Positions 14,645-26,711 of a DNA stretch of 64,000 nucleotides are shown one piece after another. The first letter of the stretch is position 1; every line of letters starts with the position of its first letter. Under the pieces are notes generated by a model. It was not told the DNA's origin and made no database searches. It worked only from the letters and a program-made list of their open reading frames with translations. The stretch covers positions 64,414,485 to 64,478,484 of the forward strand of contig NC_068992.1 of NCBI RefSeq assembly GCF_001194135.2. Direction: 5' to 3'. Made by a program: the position numbers and the translations under genes. Origin of the DNA: Octopus bimaculoides (taxonomy: Eukaryota).

Positions 14645-14983
14645 AATGCTATTGTTGTTGTTGTTATTATTATTATGAATACTATTATTATTATTATTAT
14701 TATTAATAATACTACTATTATTATTACTATTATCATTACTACTATTATCATTATTAATAATACTATTATTATTATTATTATTAATGCTATTATTTTTATT
14801 AATACTATTATTATTATTATTATTAATATTATTATTATTATTAATACTATTATTATTACTATTATTATTATTAATAATAATACTATTATAATTATTATTA
14901 TAATTATTTTAATACTATTATGATTATTATTATTATTAATACTATTATTATTATTAATACTATTATTATTATTAATACTATTA

Positions 14984-15036
<53 letters not shown>

Positions 15037-18000
15037 ACTATTATTCTTATTATTGTTGTTATTATTTATATTATAACAACTCTATCAAACTACAAAAAAA
15101 TAATAAATCCATATTGTGAGATTTTTGGAAGCAGATTCCTAAAATATATTAGAAATGTATTCATTCAACTTTGTTTTTCTCTGTGAATAACAGTTTTTAG
15201 TTACTTACGATTAAGATATTGTTTCCATATCATATATAATGTTACCATTTTTGTATGAAGCTAAAATCCATGTTATAATTTAAATTTATAAAAAAAATTA
15301 ATATTCATAAGAATTAATATTTATAAAAATAATCTAAACTCTTATTTTGTTAAAAGAATCTGTGAGAAATAGTTCCTTAATTTAACCCTTTAATATTCAG
15401 ATTACTGTCAAGTGTAATCCCTATTTATTCACATTGTCTTGAATTAATCAAACATTAATCTCAAAGCTTCAAGACTGATGAAGCAACTGATTACTCCTAG
15501 AATGACATTGTAGGGTGGTTGTAAGAGGCCAGATCTGGCCAGTTTGAGCATAAAACATAGAATATTTGAACCGGGTATGTCTAGTTTGAATACTAAGGGC
15601 CTGAGTAGTTACTTCCCCCGATGTAACTACAACTGTATCCTTGTGTACGAGCAATTACCATGTGGAATATTTTTTGTCTGTGTTCTTTTACATATTTACT
15701 TGATGTATTTTCTTTTGTTTTTTTCCAGACTTAAGCTAAAGGTCAATTTCCTATCAAACCATTCTTTCTTTTACTACTTTTTTTATTTGTTTTAATTTTA
15801 CTTATTTCTACATTATTCTTTGGCAATGGGGTAAGGGTGATTTTAATAGTTTTTCTGTGGGTTAAGAATATCATTAGGGGTTGGGTTGTCAAGGATTTTA
15901 TTAATTTGGGTTCCTGCAAGTTTTCCTTAGAGTATCATCAAAGGGATTTATTGATATATTTGATTTGGGAGAGGTATTTACCTTGTCTATTAAACTTATT
16001 TCATATACAGTGTATTCTGGAACATTTTCAGCCTGTGAATGAGATGTTTTCTTTTCTTTTCTTTGGAAGTATTATTTGGTAGGAATTTTCAAAGGAGGTT
16101 GTTATATTTGTCAATGGTAGAATTCTCAGGTAAATTTGGTCACTATTTCTAGCATGTCGTACAAAACAACCACATAGAATCCCTCTTGTTCACTTGTGTT
16201 GTTGTCATTTAGCCCCAGGTCAGATCTGTGATTAAAAGCATTCTAACAATGACTGTTACATTGTTTTCCTATAGGCCCAGAACCACATCTTAGTGTGTTC
16301 TTATCTAAGACAGTTTGATGTAATCTGAGGGAGATTTCACTGCTATTTCAAGCAGATGGTGGTTTCTATATCTCTTCTGACTAAAGTTTGCTTTCTGTTT
16401 GAAGCCACAGAAATTATCTTTCAATTTATCTTTATTCTAACCTTTTTTGGATTTAGTTTTCCTTCTTTGATGAAACCAAAGTTTTTCTTTTTTCTCTCTC
16501 TCTCCCTCTCCAGATTTTCCCTTTCAGATCCAATATTTTACATAATTAAAAACAGTTCACCTCAGTTCTGAGTTTCATATTATTGATAGTGGCTAACTTA
16601 GCTCCCTTTTCTTGTCTTTTCCCTGAGGTTTTTGAGTTTTAAGTACTTTATAATGACTTGATTACTTCCTGAATAGAGGGAAAAAATGTGAATAAATAAA
16701 CAAGTAGAGTTACTAGTGTGGTTGTGTGGTTAAGAAGCTTGTTTCCCAACCCTGTGGTCCTGAGTTCAGTCCCACTGTGTGGAACCTTGGGCAAATGTCT
16801 TCTACTATAGCCCTGGGCCAACCAAAATCTTGTGAGTGGATTTAGTAGACAGAAACTGAAAGAAGCCCATCATGTGTGTGTTTGTGTTATGTTTGTCTCC
16901 CATCACCATTTGGCAACTGGGGTTTGTTTGTTTGTTTGCGTCCTTGTAACTTAGCAACTCATCAAAAACAACCAACAGAATAAGCACCAGGCTTTAAAAA
17001 ATCAAATCCTAGGGTTGATTTGTCTGACTAAACCAGAAGTTTTCAACATGGGTTGTACCATCTCCAAAGGGGTGCTGGGCATGTTGAGGGGAACATTAGG
17101 CTTTAGTGGGTGGTGAAGTACCATAACATGCTAAATTTTACCTATTCTTTTATTTGTTTCAGTCATTTGACTGTGGCCATGCTGGAGCACTGCCTTTAGT
17201 CGAACAAATTAACCCCAAGACTTATTCTTTGTAAGCCTAGTACTTATTCTATTGGTCTCTTTTGCTGAACTGGTAAGTTAAAGGGACGTAAGCACACCAA
17301 CATCGATTGTCAAGTGATGGTGGGGTGGACAAACACATACATACATATATATATATGACAGGCTTCTTTCAGTTTCCATCTACCAAATCCACTCACAAAG
17401 CTATAGTAGAAGACACTTGCCCAATGTGCCACACAGNNNNNNNNNNCTATAGTAGAAGACACTTGCCCAATGTGCCACACAGTGGGACTGAACCTGGAAC
17501 CATGTGGTTGGTAAGCAAGCTACTTAACATACAGCCACTCCTGCAATTATACTATACATAATAAAACTAGTAATGGCTATTAAAATAAAATGCGAGATAA
17601 GAATATATTGTGGCTAAAGACATGTTTGAAGAAGAAGAATTTCTAATGTTATATTTGGCATTAGGAAGGGCATTCAGTTGTAAAAATCCTGCCTGGTGCA
17701 GTCTTCTGCCTAGCCAGCTCCTGTCAAACTGTCCAACCCATGCCAGCATGGAAAGCGGATGGCAAATGATGATATTTATGTTTTGAATAGTATTTTGTAA
17801 GTGTGCAGTCTTGTTTGTTTTCTTTGTTTCTTCGTATGTTGTGACCTCCATTATATTTTGTTTTGTAATATTATTTACAATTGTTGTGTACTTTACTCTT
17901 CAAAAAATTTAGACTGAGTGGAAAAAGAAAGTACAGTCAGTATTTGAGTGAATATTTGAAATATGGATTTATTCCATCTCTAAATAACGAGCCATTGCTA

Positions 18001-18908
18001 CTATGTTTGATATGTGAAAAAAAAATGTTCTCAAATGAAACAATGACACCTTTGAGAATGGTCGAACATTTACAAAAGAAAGTATCCAGATAAAGGTGGA
18101 AAAGACGGGGACTGTTTTCGCCAAATGAAAAATGATTTTAAGAACTATCTTACTCTCAAAGGATTTCTGGGTTGTTTACCAAACAAACTAGGCAAATAGA
18201 GGAGGGGTTGGTTATTGTTTTATAAACTTTCAAAATTAATTGCAAAATTTGGAAAACCACAGACTATTGGTGAAACTCTTCTCTTACCAGCTATAAATGA
18301 AGTTTTGCATGCTATGACTTATCCAGGTAAAAGTGCCAAAGCAGCACCATTCCCTCTCCGTAATCGAACAGTAGCAGTAAGAGTAGATGACATGGTGAAA
18401 GGTCCTTGGACTACGTTGCCCAATGCATCTTTTTTTTTTTTTTAGATAATAGGGATGCGATTTTAGAGAATTTAGCTACAATGTCTAGCATGTTGAGTGA
18501 TCATAGAGCTCCATCGTTAGTCTGTGTTAGTATTAATTAATTATGTAATTCACTCAAGTTTAATGGTAGTTTACTGTTTAGTTAGATTGTTGCTAAGATT
18601 ATAATCTTTGACTTCTTCAATTAGTTTATTGTCATTACATTCATTTTCCTCCACATGGCAATAGAAGAAAATCAATGTTATTATTATTATTATTATTGTT
18701 GTTAAGGTGAAGGTTGGTAGAATTGCTTGCATGCCAAACAAAATGCTTAGTGACATCTTTATGTTCTGAGTTCAAATTCCACCATGGTCAGTTTTACTTT
18801 TTGTCATTTCAGGGTTTGATAAAATAAGTACCAGTTGAGTACTTTTCCAATGTAATCATCTTAGCCCCCTCCCTCCAAATTTCAAGTTTTGTGGCTGTAG
18901 TGAAAAGA

Positions 18909-18949
<41 letters not shown>

Positions 18950-21900
18950 GGTGGCAAGCTGGTAGAATTACCTGAGTATCAGACAAAATGCTTAACATTT
19001 TTCTGACTGGTTATGTTTTGAGTTCAAATTCTCTTGAGGTCGATATTTTACCTTTCATCCTCTTGGGGTTGATAAAACAAGTACTAGTTGAGTGCTGGGG
19101 TTGATGTAATTGGCTTACTCTTTCCGACCCAAAATTTCAGGCCTTCTCTCTATAGTAAAAATAATTATTATTATCACCATCTTCAAGGCGGTGATCTGGC
19201 AGAATCATTAGCATGCTTGGAAAAATGCTAAGTGGCATTTTGTCTGTCTTTACATTCTGAGTTCAAATTCTGCTGAGGTTGACTTTGCTTTTCATCCTTT
19301 CGGGGTCATTGGAATAAGTATCAGTTACACACTAGGGTCGATGTAATCAACTAGTCCCCTCTTCCAAAATTTCAGGCCTTGTGCCTATAATAGAAAGGAT
19401 TATTATTATTATTATCACTCCTCCTCCTACTACTACTACTACTACTATTATTTCCACTAAATTAGCAGTTTTGTTGTGATATTATAATAAATCAAACTTT
19501 TGGTTCTAGCTAAATCTGAAAGAGGACACAGACTACCATTATGACACGCTCCAGTTGCCATTAAGGTCAATTCTAAAGAAAACCAATTCTGAATCACCAT
19601 TTCTCAGTCGAAGAGCCAGTACAGGAGATCTTAGAAGTAAGTACTCACAAATTGTACCATACTGTTTTTGTTTTTTTGTATGTGTATGTGGCTATGTGGT
19701 GAGAAGTTGGCTTCCCAACCAAATGGTTGTGGGTCCAGTCCCACGTTCTAGTTAAGAAATTAACAATTGGAAGAATTATTCCCTATAGAAACAAATGATT
19801 CAACAAATAGACCATTCCCTCCATTGTAAATATGGAAAGCTAGATGTGAAGCTGTAAAAATTAGAGGAACTTATATCTTCAACATTCAAGAGAGGGGATT
19901 TGAGAGATGAACATGAGGAAGGAATCTTCAACATTCCAGAGAGGAGGATTTGAGAGGGAAAGGGGAGGAGGGAAACTTCAACATTCCAAGGTGAAGTGAA
20001 ATAGTTACATCCAGGAATCAAAATTGGGCCTTAGAATGAGCTCACTTGCCATAGCTTTTAGCCATTTCATTATCATATTTCTAATAAGACACACTGCCTT
20101 TGTTTCAATTAATTTTGAAAATAATAAAGAATTTAATTAAAATAACTTTGTCATTTAAAAGCTAGTGTTTGGAACATAAACAAACATGAAATTTTGGTGG
20201 AAGGTTTTAATTTAGATAGTCTTAAAATGAATTTCTATCTAAGAACTAGGGGCTGTGTTAGGCAGGTTGGTAGTTAATTTCTACTTTATCTCTCTTTCCC
20301 TAATATAGTTCACTATGAATGATACCAATTCTCTTGGAGAAGATAAATAGGAATGGTGCAGAGACTAATAAGGGTTATTTTAATTAGGAATGGTAGCTTT
20401 GTGCCCATTTGGGTATTTAATCTTCAGAAATTTCTTTTTTTGTTCTCTGTATCTCTTTTCCAACGTTCTTCATTTTATTATGTATTTTTAGTGGATGGTG
20501 ATCTCTTTTACCGAGATCTTGCTGCCAAACAGAGAAAGGAAAGTATTGTTGAAGATGTACCGTTTGTTTTCAAGGTTAGTAAAGCATTTTCAATTTTTCT
20601 TATAATTTTATTCGTTTTCTTTTACAAAGACAAATCAGTTTTTGACTTTTTCTATTCAAATAGGTTTTTAACCTAATATTTATTCTTTAACTGCTTCAAG
20701 ATTCACTGTTCCAAAAAAGGATTATTTCCTTATGATCATTTTTGATTTTTAGATCACAAATAAAAATAAATCTCCAACTTTTTTTTTTTTGTGGAAACCT
20801 TCCTATAATTATGAAATACAATTTTTTTTACCTTTTCCAGATTTCTCTGTTAATATCTTTCATCCTTCATGTTGTACTGTCTATATTCTTTACAGGAAAT
20901 TTCTAACACTTTCTGCTATTTCAATGTATTCGAAATACACACAGTTCTATGTTCATGTGCAGCTATTACATTACATATTCAAAGAGTGAGAGATTATCTG
21001 TTCTTATGTGATTTTTTTTAATTTAAAAAAAAATGTGGGTCTGTTGTTCTTTTTCTGTCTCAAATTGGCATATATGATGTCTCTGATATCATTAACTTAA
21101 CCCGTTTGTTGATATTTTTCTGTTGAAATACTCTGCCTTTCTTTCAATTAATTTTCATTATAACAAAAAAGAATAAAAATTGGTAAAATAACTTTGTCAT
21201 TATTAAGCTGGTGTTTAGAACATAAATTAACACACAATTTTGATGGAAGGTTTTAATTTAGAACATATTAAAACAGGAAGTTTATATCATAGAACCAGGG
21301 ATGGTCTTAAATAGGTTTTATCATTAACACACTGTTATGTGATTCCATTTCCATGTCACAAGTTTTGACATCCTTCTTAAGCTAACATGATGCTGTTTAA
21401 TGTAAGGCAATGATGTTGTTACTCACCAAACCTATTTTCACTGTAAACACCTAATTCTTTGTATTTACAGTTTCGAAAACAATTCTATTTCAAAGTCCAT
21501 ACATATTCAACGGTAAATATAGCAAAATGCTTATAAAGCTGGTATGACTTCTTTGCCAAGAACATAATGTTTGACTTCCATAGCCTTCTGCTGATGCAAA
21601 TGTATTTTCATCCAATCACAGCTCCTTTGTTGTTTGAAGGTTTGGCAGTGTTAAGAGCAATAGTGTTTTTTAGTGTGAACGTGTGTATATGTGAGGATGG
21701 GAGAGGGGAATATTAGCCACTTTTTAAGCCCCGATCCTCCGGATGTCTTATGAAAACTAAAAGAGTGAAATAAATCTGTATCCTTAAAGATTTAATGTGA
21801 ATTGTAAGAATGGCATTACTAAAATTGTTAAAGTCTCATCAGTCTAAATTAATCATTTGTGTTGGTCGTTAAATTACTGTTTTTCGATTTAAGAATAATG

Positions 21901-24900
21901 TCTCAGATTTTTTGGTAATATAGTGAAAATGAGAGGTTGTGACATTCATACCTTTCCCTAATGTATTCTTAGCATATGTGTTATGTTCTGTGTTTTGTTG
22001 TTGATCCTTGGACTTGGTTTATTGTTGTTAAGAAATCAATAATTTGAATATATACCCATACTATAGTGACCATCACCACATAGTTTACCTCTGGTCAGTT
22101 ATACTAGATATCTAGACTGACCACCACCACCAACACCCCGACAATTTACCTTTGGCCAGTTATACAAATTATTCACCAATACCACAGTGACCACCCCAAC
22201 ATAGTTTCTCCACTGGTCAGTTATATTAAATTTTCTTCTTCTTCTTCGGGCAGCTTCAACCCAGATATGCCTCATCTCGTCGTGTCGTGTATCTCTGTCC
22301 TCCATTGGCTTTGGTAGGTCTTCAATTTCACGTTGTGTGTCTGTGTGTCATCTCAGTGTTGTCTGTTTTCACGTTCTGAGTTCAAATTCCACCGAGGTTG
22401 ACTTTGTATTTATCCTTTTGGGGTTCATAAATTAAGTACCAGTGAAACACTGGGGTTGACAAAAACAACTAGTACCCTCCCCTAAAATTTCAGACTTTGT
22501 GCCTTTAGTAGAAAGGGTTATTATTATTATTATTATTATTATTATGGCAGCAAGTTGGCAGAATTGTTAGCATGCTAGGCAAAATGCTTAGCAGTATTTT
22601 GTCTGTCTTCATGTTCTGAGTTCAAATGCTGCTGGGGTTGACTTTGCCTTTCAACCTTTTGGAGTCGATAAATTAAGTACCAGTTGCAAAATGAGGCTGA
22701 TGTAATTGACTGGTCCCCTCCCCCAAAATTTCAGGCCTTGTGCCTCTAGTAGAAAAGATTACCATTATTATGGCAGTGAGCTAACAGGTTTGTTAATGTC
22801 AAATGAAATATTTTGTAGTGCTTAGTTATACTTCTTTACACTGTGTTCAGAACTTGCCAAGGTCAACTTAGCATTTCATCCTTTCAGAGGAGCCCATGCT
22901 ATAAAGTAGCAGTCTGGGGTTGATTCAAGTGACCCCACACCACCTTCCAAAATTTTCACACAATAATAATTTTTATTGTAAGTTCTCTAACGATAGTGGA
23001 TAGCTAATGAGCAAAACAATGGTACCTCTTTGCAGATACTCAACTTACTGAAACAACAGTCAAATATCCCTCAAGTTGTATGCTTTACTGTTGGACAGTG
23101 TAATCTTTCATATATCAGATGTGGTGTTCAGGGATAGACTGTCTTTGATTACAAGTTTGTTTGGTTTGGGGGCTCTACAACCAACTGATTAGCACTGTCC
23201 CCTTTACATGTCAATAGTGGAAATCCTTATTTTAAATTCTGTAAAAGGGTGACGGAATAATTTTCTTTTAGAGAATTTAAGAGAGCAGAGAGTTATTATT
23301 GTGTAACCACTCAAGATGAGCCCTCATCAATTTGAACTGTAGTACACAGGTAGATGATGTTGCTGTGTAGCCCTAGGTCAGTCCTGATCCAGCAAGATAA
23401 TTATCGTTGTTGTTGTTGTTGTATAGCCCCAGGTCAATCCTGATCCACCTCTCCTGTGGCACACAGGTTTTGTTGATGTTGTGTAGCCCCAGGTAAGTTC
23501 CTGATCTAGCAAGGTAGTAGTTGTTGTATAACCCTAGGTCAGTCCTGATCCAATGATCCTATGTCAGGTAGTTCTTGTGTAGACCCAGGTCTGTCCTGAT
23601 CCAGCAATCCTACGACACACAAGTCATTGTTTTTATTGTTGTGTAGCTCTAGGTCAGTGTATTGTGTGTTTGTGTTGTTGTTTTAGTCTCCTGTCAGCTG
23701 TGACTGAGCTGAGCTATAATCACAAGGCAATCCAACCATGATAACTCCATCTTTACTTTTCTTTGTTTCAGGAATAATGTACATTATACTATGTTATCCA
23801 ACTTCCCTCTCTCTCCCTCGCTCTTCCCCACTTCCCTCATGGATGGTAAAATGTGGTTTCTTGAAGATTTTGATGCAATTTTTGAGATGCTCTTAATATC
23901 TTTTCTGTATTATGTGCATATTATGTGTGTGTATGTGTTGTGGATGCAGGTATGGTTGAGTGATTAAGGGACTCATTTTTCAGAATCAGGTTTGGAGATC
24001 AAGCCTACTGCATGGTCGGTGTCTTGGGCAAGTGTTTCTTTTTTTTTTCCTTTTGTTACAAACATTGGATTGACTCAACACTTGTGTGTGAAATCGGGTT
24101 GACAAAGATTGTGTAGAAGACTGTTGTACAGTTGTATACATATAATTCAAAATTCCAGCCTTGTCTCTTGTGTTATGTATACTCTGCCTGAAAATTTTAT
24201 TTGTGGAATACTCAGCCACATATATGTTAGTGATGGAAGTAATACCAAATGGCAATCTTTATGTCCTACTCAATGTGAATGTCTTGTTAGAATGTTAACT
24301 ACTGTGGTATTTGCCTTGAAAGACCCTCTCATGCAGATGTTCTGTGCTAAGGTCATAGCCATAGATTGTTAGCAGATGAGAACCGTCTGGCATGGGCATT
24401 GGAACTGTCAGATCACATGATTTCAGTGCACTGCACTTCCTCAGTGACAGTTGCCCACTTGCCAAATCTTACTATAAATGATATATATATATATATATAG
24501 AATTACAATGACTTTTCAGTCACTGATGTTGCAAGCAGCCAACAGGCTTACTAAAAAATAAATATTACTGGTAGAAGTAGTATTAGTACTGAATGGCGAT
24601 TTTTATATCCAATTTAATGTGGATGTATTATCAGAATACTGAATACTGCAGTGTTTAGCATTCTAATAATACATTCGTATTGAGCAAAATACAAAGATTG
24701 CCTTTTGGTATTAATACATATAAATCAATTTGATAAGTAGCTTGGTTAGTTAGTTGAATAACTGAATGTTCCTCATTGAAACTAATGGAAGAAAATCCAT
24801 GATGTGTGCTGTTATTTGGCCATAAGTTGGCTTTGAATGAGTAAACCTATGATCAAAAGCATTCCAGCTGTGACCATCCTGTCCTTTTTTGTATATCAAG

Positions 24901-25001
24901 GACTACATGATCTAGTGCAGTGGTTCCCATCCTGGGGTCTGTGGACTCCTGATGGTCCACAAAGGTAGTATTAGGGGGACTGTGAACTAAATTCAGAATT
25001 T

Positions 25002-25032
<31 letters not shown>

Positions 25033-25469
25033 NNNNNNNNNNNNNNNNNNNNNNNNNNNNNNNNNNNNNNNNNNNNNNNNNNNNNNNNNNNNNNNNNNNN
25101 NNNNNNNNNNNNNNNNNNNNNNNNNNNNNNNNNNNNNNNNNNNNNNNNNNNNNNNNNNNNNNNNNNNNNNNNNNNNNNNNNNNNNNNNNNNNNNNNNNNN
25201 NNNNNNNNNNNNNNNNNNNNNNNNNNNNNNNNNNNNNNNNNNNNNNNNNNNNNNNNNNNNNNNNNNNNNNNNNNNNNNNNNNNNNNNNNNNNNNNNNNNN
25301 NNNNNNNNNNNNNNNNNNNNNNNNNNNNNNNNNNNNNNNNNNNNNNNNNNNNNNNNNNNNNNNNNNNNNNNNNNNNNNNNNNNNNNNNNNNNNNNNNNNN
25401 NNNNNNNNNNNNNNNNNNNNNNNNNNNNNNNNNNNNNNNNNNNNNNNNNNNNNNNNNNNNNNNNNNNNN

Positions 25470-25514
<45 letters not shown>

Positions 25515-26074
25515 TAGATAAGGATAAGCATATTAATAAAGGTCCGTGAGAAAACTCATTTAAATAAAAGGGTTGGGAACCACTGATCCAGTGTATGCCT
25601 CCATTCTAATGGCAGCAGGAGTGTGATTTTAGAGAAATTTAGCCACTATTTCCAGCTGGCTGATGAACTACATAGATGCCCCCTCTTTGACCTGTGTATA
25701 TGTGTTACTGTCTTGTGTATGTATTGTGTAATGTGTTGTGTGATGTTGTATAAAGATTCTGTTGACAGTATGTTATTTATATTTTTCAGATGCCTCTTTA
25801 AGTTTTACAATAAATGACAATTTATTGTGATATTGTGAGCTAAAATGCTGCTTCTGTTGAAGGCAAATATTGCATGGCTGTCAAATTCTGCTGCATAAAC
25901 AGCTATTTGTAAATTGTCAAAATGCCAAGATGTTACAATTCAATTTAGTTTCACGTTTAATAATTCTATTTAGCATTGTCTGACTATTAAAAAAAAGAAA
26001 CACATTTAAGATATACATCAAATTATTTAATATTTGAGCTATGTACAATGGTTAGAGACCTCTGTACCTCAGTG

Positions 26075-26154
<80 letters not shown>

Positions 26155-26640
26155 CTTATATATATATATTTTTTTTTGAATTGGTAGATCTTGAAGCAGA
26201 TAAAGCTATAAATAATAGCCTGTGAATATTGGGTTAAAAAATCCTTTGGATAGAAAATGTTGAAGGCTGCCTTCGGGACTCAAACCCACCTCCCCTACAA
26301 ACATGACAGATGTTCTACTATTGAACCAAAGTGATCTTTTGAATTTCTCAATTCATTTCAGCAACCCTGTTCTTACCAGTAAAAATTGTACGATAGAGAA
26401 ATTTGAAGTGTAGCTTTGGTCTAGTGGTAGAACATCTATCATGTTGACTGGAGATGTGAGTTTCAATCCCCTGGGCAGCTTCCAACTCTTCTTATCCAAA
26501 AGAGATTTTTCAACTCAATATTTACGCAGTTACTTATAGCTTTATTTGCTTCTGAGATCCACCATTCCAAAAAAAGAATTGATGTTCTTTTGAGATTTGT
26601 AAATTCTTATGACTTCAACAATTTATATATATATAAATTA

Positions 26641-26711
<71 letters not shown>

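Noticed and set aside
14675-15186. Poly-Ile 'membrane protein' ORFs, and poly-Phe/Leu/Pro ORFs at 31932-32327
   Set aside because: Translations of the (ATT)n array and the polypyrimidine tract.
17401-17482. 36-bp direct duplication on either side of a 10-N gap
   Set aside because: Typical unmerged contig overlap inside a SINE; an assembly artefact.
18706-19415. Idea that family A SINEs are mobilised by the Dong-like elements
   Set aside because: On their sense strands the Dong fragments are flanked by (AAT)n while family A is flanked by (ATT)n, which is the opposite polarity.
23355-23700. CRISPR-like repeat-spacer appearance (also 34751-34828)
   Set aside because: Eukaryotic intron; the repeats derive from a SINE tail, the spacers are irregular and partly related, and there are no cas genes.
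26405-26485. Possible genuine tRNA gene (also the SINE heads at 5011, 16715, 29862)
   Set aside because: The acceptor and anticodon stems are broken and the units are embedded in repeats; treated as tRNA-derived.
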